Made by a program: the position numbers and the translations under genes. Under the pieces are notes generated by a model. That model ran no database searches. It was not told the DNA's origin and saw only the letters and a list, made by a program, of their open reading frames with translations. Shown here in pieces: positions 60,133 to 64,000 of a stretch of 64,000 nt of DNA. This DNA comes from an uncultured bacterium (GTDB taxonomy: Bacteria; Patescibacteriota; Minisyncoccia; UBA6257; 2-01-FULL-56-20). Within the stretch, counting starts at the first letter, position 1, and each line of letters begins with the position of its first letter. The stretch covers positions 134,433 through 198,432 of the forward strand of contig CAVOJZ010000002.1 in NCBI GenBank assembly GCA_963696395.1, in the 5' to 3' direction.

Positions 60133-61041
60133 CTAATTCCGCAGATACCGCCGGACCGCGATGAAGCTCGAAAGTGCGCCTATTATGACGCCGAACAGAA
60201 GTTCGTAGAGCAACAGCTGCGGAAGGTGCATATAGAAATATTGAAACAGGTTGAGGCCGGGAATAAAGGTGTTCAAATACGGATTCACAAAATAGATCGC
60301 CGGAGCGGCAATGATAAGGCTTATGACCGAAGCAATCCCCCCGCAAATCATACCCTCAACCACATACGGTCCGCGCACCATACTGTTCGAAGCACCAACA
60401 ACGCGCATGACGCCAATTTCATCCCGATTTGAATAGATCGCAATACGAATCGTATTGAAAATGACGAGTCCGGCAATGAGTGTTAAGAATAACGTCACGA
60501 CGAATCCGCCGGTTTCCACATTTCTCACTATAGTCGCAAGGCGATCGATTATATCCTGATTTTGAGTATAGCTTATCGTATCGATGTATGAAGATAAATT
60601 TGGCGAGCTTAGATAATCTGCTATCGCCGCATACTGGCTCGGATCTTTTGCCTTAATATCGAGCGAAGCCTCGAGCGGATTGGTATCGAGCTGGCTGATT
60701 GCCTGCGTGACGGTCGGATCATTCGCATGGTTCGCTTCGAACGAAGCAAGCGCCTGGTCGCGCGAAGTATAATCGACGCTCGCAACCTCGGACAGGCTTT
60801 GAAGCGATTGCTGAATATTTAAAATCTGATCCTCGGAAGTATTCGTGTTGAAGTAGACGCTGATATCGATCTTATCCTGAATTGATGAAGCGGCGGCGCG
60901 CGTCACCACACCAAACATAATGAGCCCGATAAAGACCGAGAGTGCCACCGTCATAATCGCAACGGTTGCCGTTGAAAGCCATCCGTTCCGCCAGAAATTT
61001 TTAAACCCATAATGGAAAATCCTTGAAATGATGGTGAACAT
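60133..61041 (-). CDS. ftsX: cell division permease FtsX
   Basis: Motif NTIRIAIYSNRDEI..MRVVGA; follows ftsE. Confidence 0.93.
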   Translation of the reverse strand: MFTIISRIFHYGFKNFWRNGWLSTATVAIMTVALSVFIGLIMFGVVTRAAASSIQDKIDISVYFNTNTSEDQILNIQQSLQSLSEVASVDYTSRDQALASFEANHANDPTVTQAISQLDTNPLEASLDIKAKDPSQYAAIADYLSSPNLSSYIDTISYTQNQDIIDRLATIVRNVETGGFVVTLFLTLIAGLVIFNTIRIAIYSNRDEIGVMRVVGASNSMVRGPYVVEGMICGGIASVISLIIAAPAIYFVNPYLNTFIPGLNLFQYFYMHLPQLLLYELLFGVIIGALSSFIAVRRYLRN

Positions 61042-61053
61042 GGTATTGAAAAT

Positions 61054-61737
61054 TTAAACCAGAATATACTTTCCTTTCTTTTCGTCGCGGATCAGGCGGC
61101 CTTTGTCGAGGGTGATCACGCGGCGCTCAAGAGAGTTGATGACTTCGCGGTCATGAGTCGCAAGAACAACCGTCGTCCCAAGCTGATTGATCTTTTCGAG
61201 GAGTTTCACGATTTCAAAGGTGTGGAACGGATCGAGGTTCCCCGTCGGCTCGTCTGCGATCACGACTTCCGGCCTGTGAATCATCGCCCGGGCGATCGCA
61301 ACCCGCTGCTGTTCGCCGCCGGACAATTCCCGGGGAAAATTCTTCATCTTATCGCCGAGCCCGACCATGTCGAGCACCTGCGGAACCAGTTCCATAATTT
61401 CGCGCTGCGGACGGCCGGCCACTTCGAGAGCAAAAGCAACGTTTTCATAGGCATTTTTATTCGGCAGTAACCGGAAATCCTGGAATACAACACCGATGTG
61501 GCGCCTAAATGCCGGCAAATCGTTGTCGCGCAGCTTATTTACCTCATATTGGCCGAAGAATATCCGTCCTTTGCTGGGTTTTTCCTCTCCGATGAGTAAT
61601 TTAATGATGGTGGATTTGCCCGCGCCCGAGCGGCCGGCAAGCGAAACAAAATCCCCAGGATCGATCTGGAAATCGATTTCCTCAAGGGCACTACCATGGC
61701 CCGCATATTTTTTGGATACGCCCTGAAAGACGATCAT
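61054..61737 (-). CDS. ftsE: cell division ATPase FtsE
   Basis: Motifs VFQDFRLL, LSGGEQQR, ADEPTGNLD. Confidence 0.95.
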   Translation of the reverse strand: MIVFQGVSKKYAGHGSALEEIDFQIDPGDFVSLAGRSGAGKSTIIKLLIGEEKPSKGRIFFGQYEVNKLRDNDLPAFRRHIGVVFQDFRLLPNKNAYENVAFALEVAGRPQREIMELVPQVLDMVGLGDKMKNFPRELSGGEQQRVAIARAMIHRPEVVIADEPTGNLDPFHTFEIVKLLEKINQLGTTVVLATHDREVINSLERRVITLDKGRLIRDEKKGKYILV

Positions 61738-61763
61738 ACGTGTTTTTTATTGTACCATTTTTC

Positions 61764-62808
61764 TTATTTCTCCAACATCGCTTCGATAAATAAATCGATT
61801 CCTCCGGCGAGCACCTCTTCTACGCGCGGCGTTTCAACTTCCGTGCGATGGTCCTTTACGAGTTGATAAGGATTTAAAACATAGGACCGAATCTGATTTC
61901 CCCATTCGGGTTTTACTTTCGTACGAAGCGCGCCGACCTCTTCAACTTTTTCTTTCTCCATTAATTGGAACAATTTTGCCTTGAGGAGCTTCATGGCGTG
62001 TTCCCGATTCTGTTGCTGGCTCCGCTCGGCACGCGAACTGACGGCGATGCCTGTCGGTATGTGCACGATACGCACCGCAGTCTCAACTTTATTGACGTTT
62101 TGTCCGCCCGGACCTCCCGCGCGCGAAAGTTCAAGCTTGAGATCGGCGTCGGGAATCTGCAGCTTTGATTCCTCGAGCGGCGGCAAATCGGGAATCACTT
62201 CGACAAGCGCAAACGATGTATGCCGCAATTTCTTTGGGGAAAACGGCGATATGCGCACCAGACGATGGACGCCCGATTCGTTCTTTAGATAGCCATAAGC
62301 ATGGTCCCCTTTTATTTCAATGGTACGTGAGCGGATATTGTCATCAACCACGCGAATCTTCCATCCGCGGGATTTCGCAAAGCCTTCGTACATCAGTCCG
62401 AGCATCCGTGCCCAATCCTCCGCGTCCTCACCGCCGGCACCCGGATAGACGGCGAGCACGGCGGCCTGGCCGTCGTAGCGCCCTATGAATAAAGTTTCGA
62501 GCTCGAGTTCGCGAAATTTTCGTTTCACCTCGTGAAATTTATTTTCGTCGAGGCCGGATCCGTGCGCCGCTGATTCAAGTTCTTTAATCCCCTTTTCGAT
62601 CTCGTTATATTTCGCAAGTTTGTCGTTCAGGACGCCGAGCTCTTTTATTTTTGCGTCGGCAGCCTCCCGATTTTTCCAAAAATCCGGCGACGACATTTCT
62701 GCCGTCAATTCTGCAACGCGATGTTCCTGAGCCGCAACGTCAAAGACGCCCGCCGAGCCGGCGGGCTTCGTCTGCAAGTTCCTGTAGGGATATTTCGCTA
62801 TCTTTCAT
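61764..62808 (-). CDS. prfB: peptide chain release factor 2 (programmed +1 frameshift)
   Basis: SPF and GGQ motifs. ATG at 62808 gives 22 codons ending at CTT-TGA-C (62745-62739). Confidence 0.95.
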
Positions 62809-62986
62809 TTTTATATTTTGGCCCCGAATCGGTCATTTTCGGGTCGAGCGGCTGAATGCCGGGCTTAATTCCGCGTTTTTTGTTTGTCGCCTTAATCCTT
62901 TCGATCGTTTCCGCGAGGAGTTCCTCCTCGCTCTTATATGGCTTCACGGGCTGCTCTTCAAAGTTAAATTCTCGTTTCTCCTTCAT
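62798..62986 (-). CDS. hypothetical protein
   Basis: 62 aa; extended -10 lies 6 nt upstream; overlaps the prfB start. Confidence 0.55.
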   Translation of the reverse strand: MKEKREFNFEEQPVKPYKSEEELLAETIERIKATNKKRGIKPGIQPLDPKMTDSGPKYKNER

Positions 62987-63033
62987 GATTCAATAATACC
63001 AAAAATTACACCTACCCGCTTAATCACTTTCTG

Positions 63034-63106
63034 AGCCACCTCCCGGATTCGAACCGGGGACCTTTGCTTTACGAAAGCACTGCTCTACCAGCTGAGCTAA
63101 GGTGGC
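63034..63106 (-). tRNA. tRNA-Thr(CGT)
   Basis: Anticodon loop TTCGTAA. Confidence 0.95.
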
Positions 63107-63110
63107 CTTG

Positions 63111-63181
63111 TGGACCTAGCGAGAATCGGACTCGCGTCTAGCGCATGCCATGCGCTCATTCTGCCATTGAACTATAGGCCC
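63111..63181 (-). tRNA. tRNA-Ala(GGC)
   Basis: Anticodon arm AGCGC-ATGGCAT-GCGCT; G3.U70. Confidence 0.93.
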
Positions 63182-63752
63182 TTCCCGAACAAATCCCTTA
63201 ATATTTCCAACTCATTATATAGGTCTGCCGAAAAATAATCTACCTTAAGCACGCCTTTATAGTCAATCTTTACGGTTGGCTTTCCGATGGTACGTGGATC
63301 AATTCTTGCACCGTAAAATTGTTGGCGTGGAATCTTCGTGGTCTCTGACCAATAAGAAACGGGTCGGAGTTACCGAAACACAAAGAACCCCGATGGTGTT
63401 AGGCTCCTTCGCACCAATAGATCATCGCCAACGCAATTTTTGCAATGTTTTTATCCTTCAGGAAATATGGGAGATTCGAAACCCTTTGGCGAATACCCTC
63501 CCGATATTTATCTCTGGCCAACTGTTGCACCTCGATCGATCTCGCCCGTGCAATTTTCAATTTCTCGTCCAACCGAAACGCCAGCTTTTCTTTTTCTTGC
63601 GCAGACATTGAAATATCCGAAAGCCATTCCGACAACGTACTTTGTGGCACCGCGACGCCCAGAATGGCCCGAATATCCGCGTAGCTATTCCCATCGCGAC
63701 GGAGCGCGATCGCCCGTTTTTTATATCCGCTGAATTTTCGCCTGAGCCTCAT
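63172..63752 (-). pseudogene. disrupted HTH plus LAGLIDADG-like protein
   Basis: YWCEGA is followed by TAA, then in-frame FGNSDPFLI. A second frame reads YWSETTKIP..YKGVLKVDY and stops inside tRNA-Ala. Confidence 0.65.
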
Positions 63753-63866
63753 GCGCGAATTTTATCGCTGAAAAGACCATGAACGCAAAAATAATTTTAG
63801 AAAAATTTAATCATTTCAAACATGTTGCTCCTTTGTTTTTAATCCTCTATAGTAGACCCATAGTTT

Positions 63867-63938
63867 GCCCTCGTAGCTCAACGGATAGAGCTATTCCGTC
63901 CTAAGGAAGAGATGGGGGTTCAATTCCCTCCGGGGGCA
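63867..63938 (+). tRNA. tRNA-Arg(CCT)
   Basis: Acceptor GCCCTCG/CGGGGGC; anticodon loop GTCCTAA. Confidence 0.9.
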
Positions 63939-64000
63939 CTAACAGATTTCCTTTCTCCTTTTCAGGGACGTGTCTCGGCCTGCTGGCCGAGCACTCTCTC

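Noticed and set aside
63399-63401. Stop-codon recoding at the in-frame TAA
   Set aside because: TAA ends many genes in this window and the ORF also has a frameshift, so pseudogenisation is the simpler explanation.
63974-63991. Hairpin CTCGGCC-TGCT-GGCCGAG after tRNA-Arg
   Set aside because: Lies at the window edge and cannot be distinguished from an ordinary terminator stem.

Overview
This is a bacterial chromosome segment, most likely from a Patescibacteria/CPR (Parcubacteria-type) genome. That is an inference from the shortened SMC, UvrC, AtpC and MurF, an EF-P with an MQQRK loop, and leaderless-style promoters. The core genes, mostly on the - strand, are mraZ-rsmH-ftsL-ftsI-murF, rplJL, rpmG, dnaE, lysS, radC, mnmA, efp, khpA, rpsP, smc, rnc, nusB, rpmF, rnhB, uvrBAC, nth, the full atp operon, ftsEX and prfB (+1 frameshift), plus 10 canonical tRNA genes. 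Accessory DNA includes a probable island 3' of tRNA-Glu (higB, higA-ImmA, a beta-family gene and an sce7726-family gene) and an IS481-family element. The most unusual signals are non-coding. (1) A non-canonical 72-nt tRNA-like gene has alanine acceptor identity and a TAC anticodon, and is preceded by a predicted small RNA complementary to its anticodon arm. (2) A family of tRNA-adjacent palindromic elements rich in tandem GA mismatches: two copies share a covarying core but have largely different 28-bp arms, and two others enclose whole tRNA genes with half-tRNA duplications. (3) A covarying hairpin is shared by the uvrA and uvrB leaders. All calls were made by eye, with no database searches.
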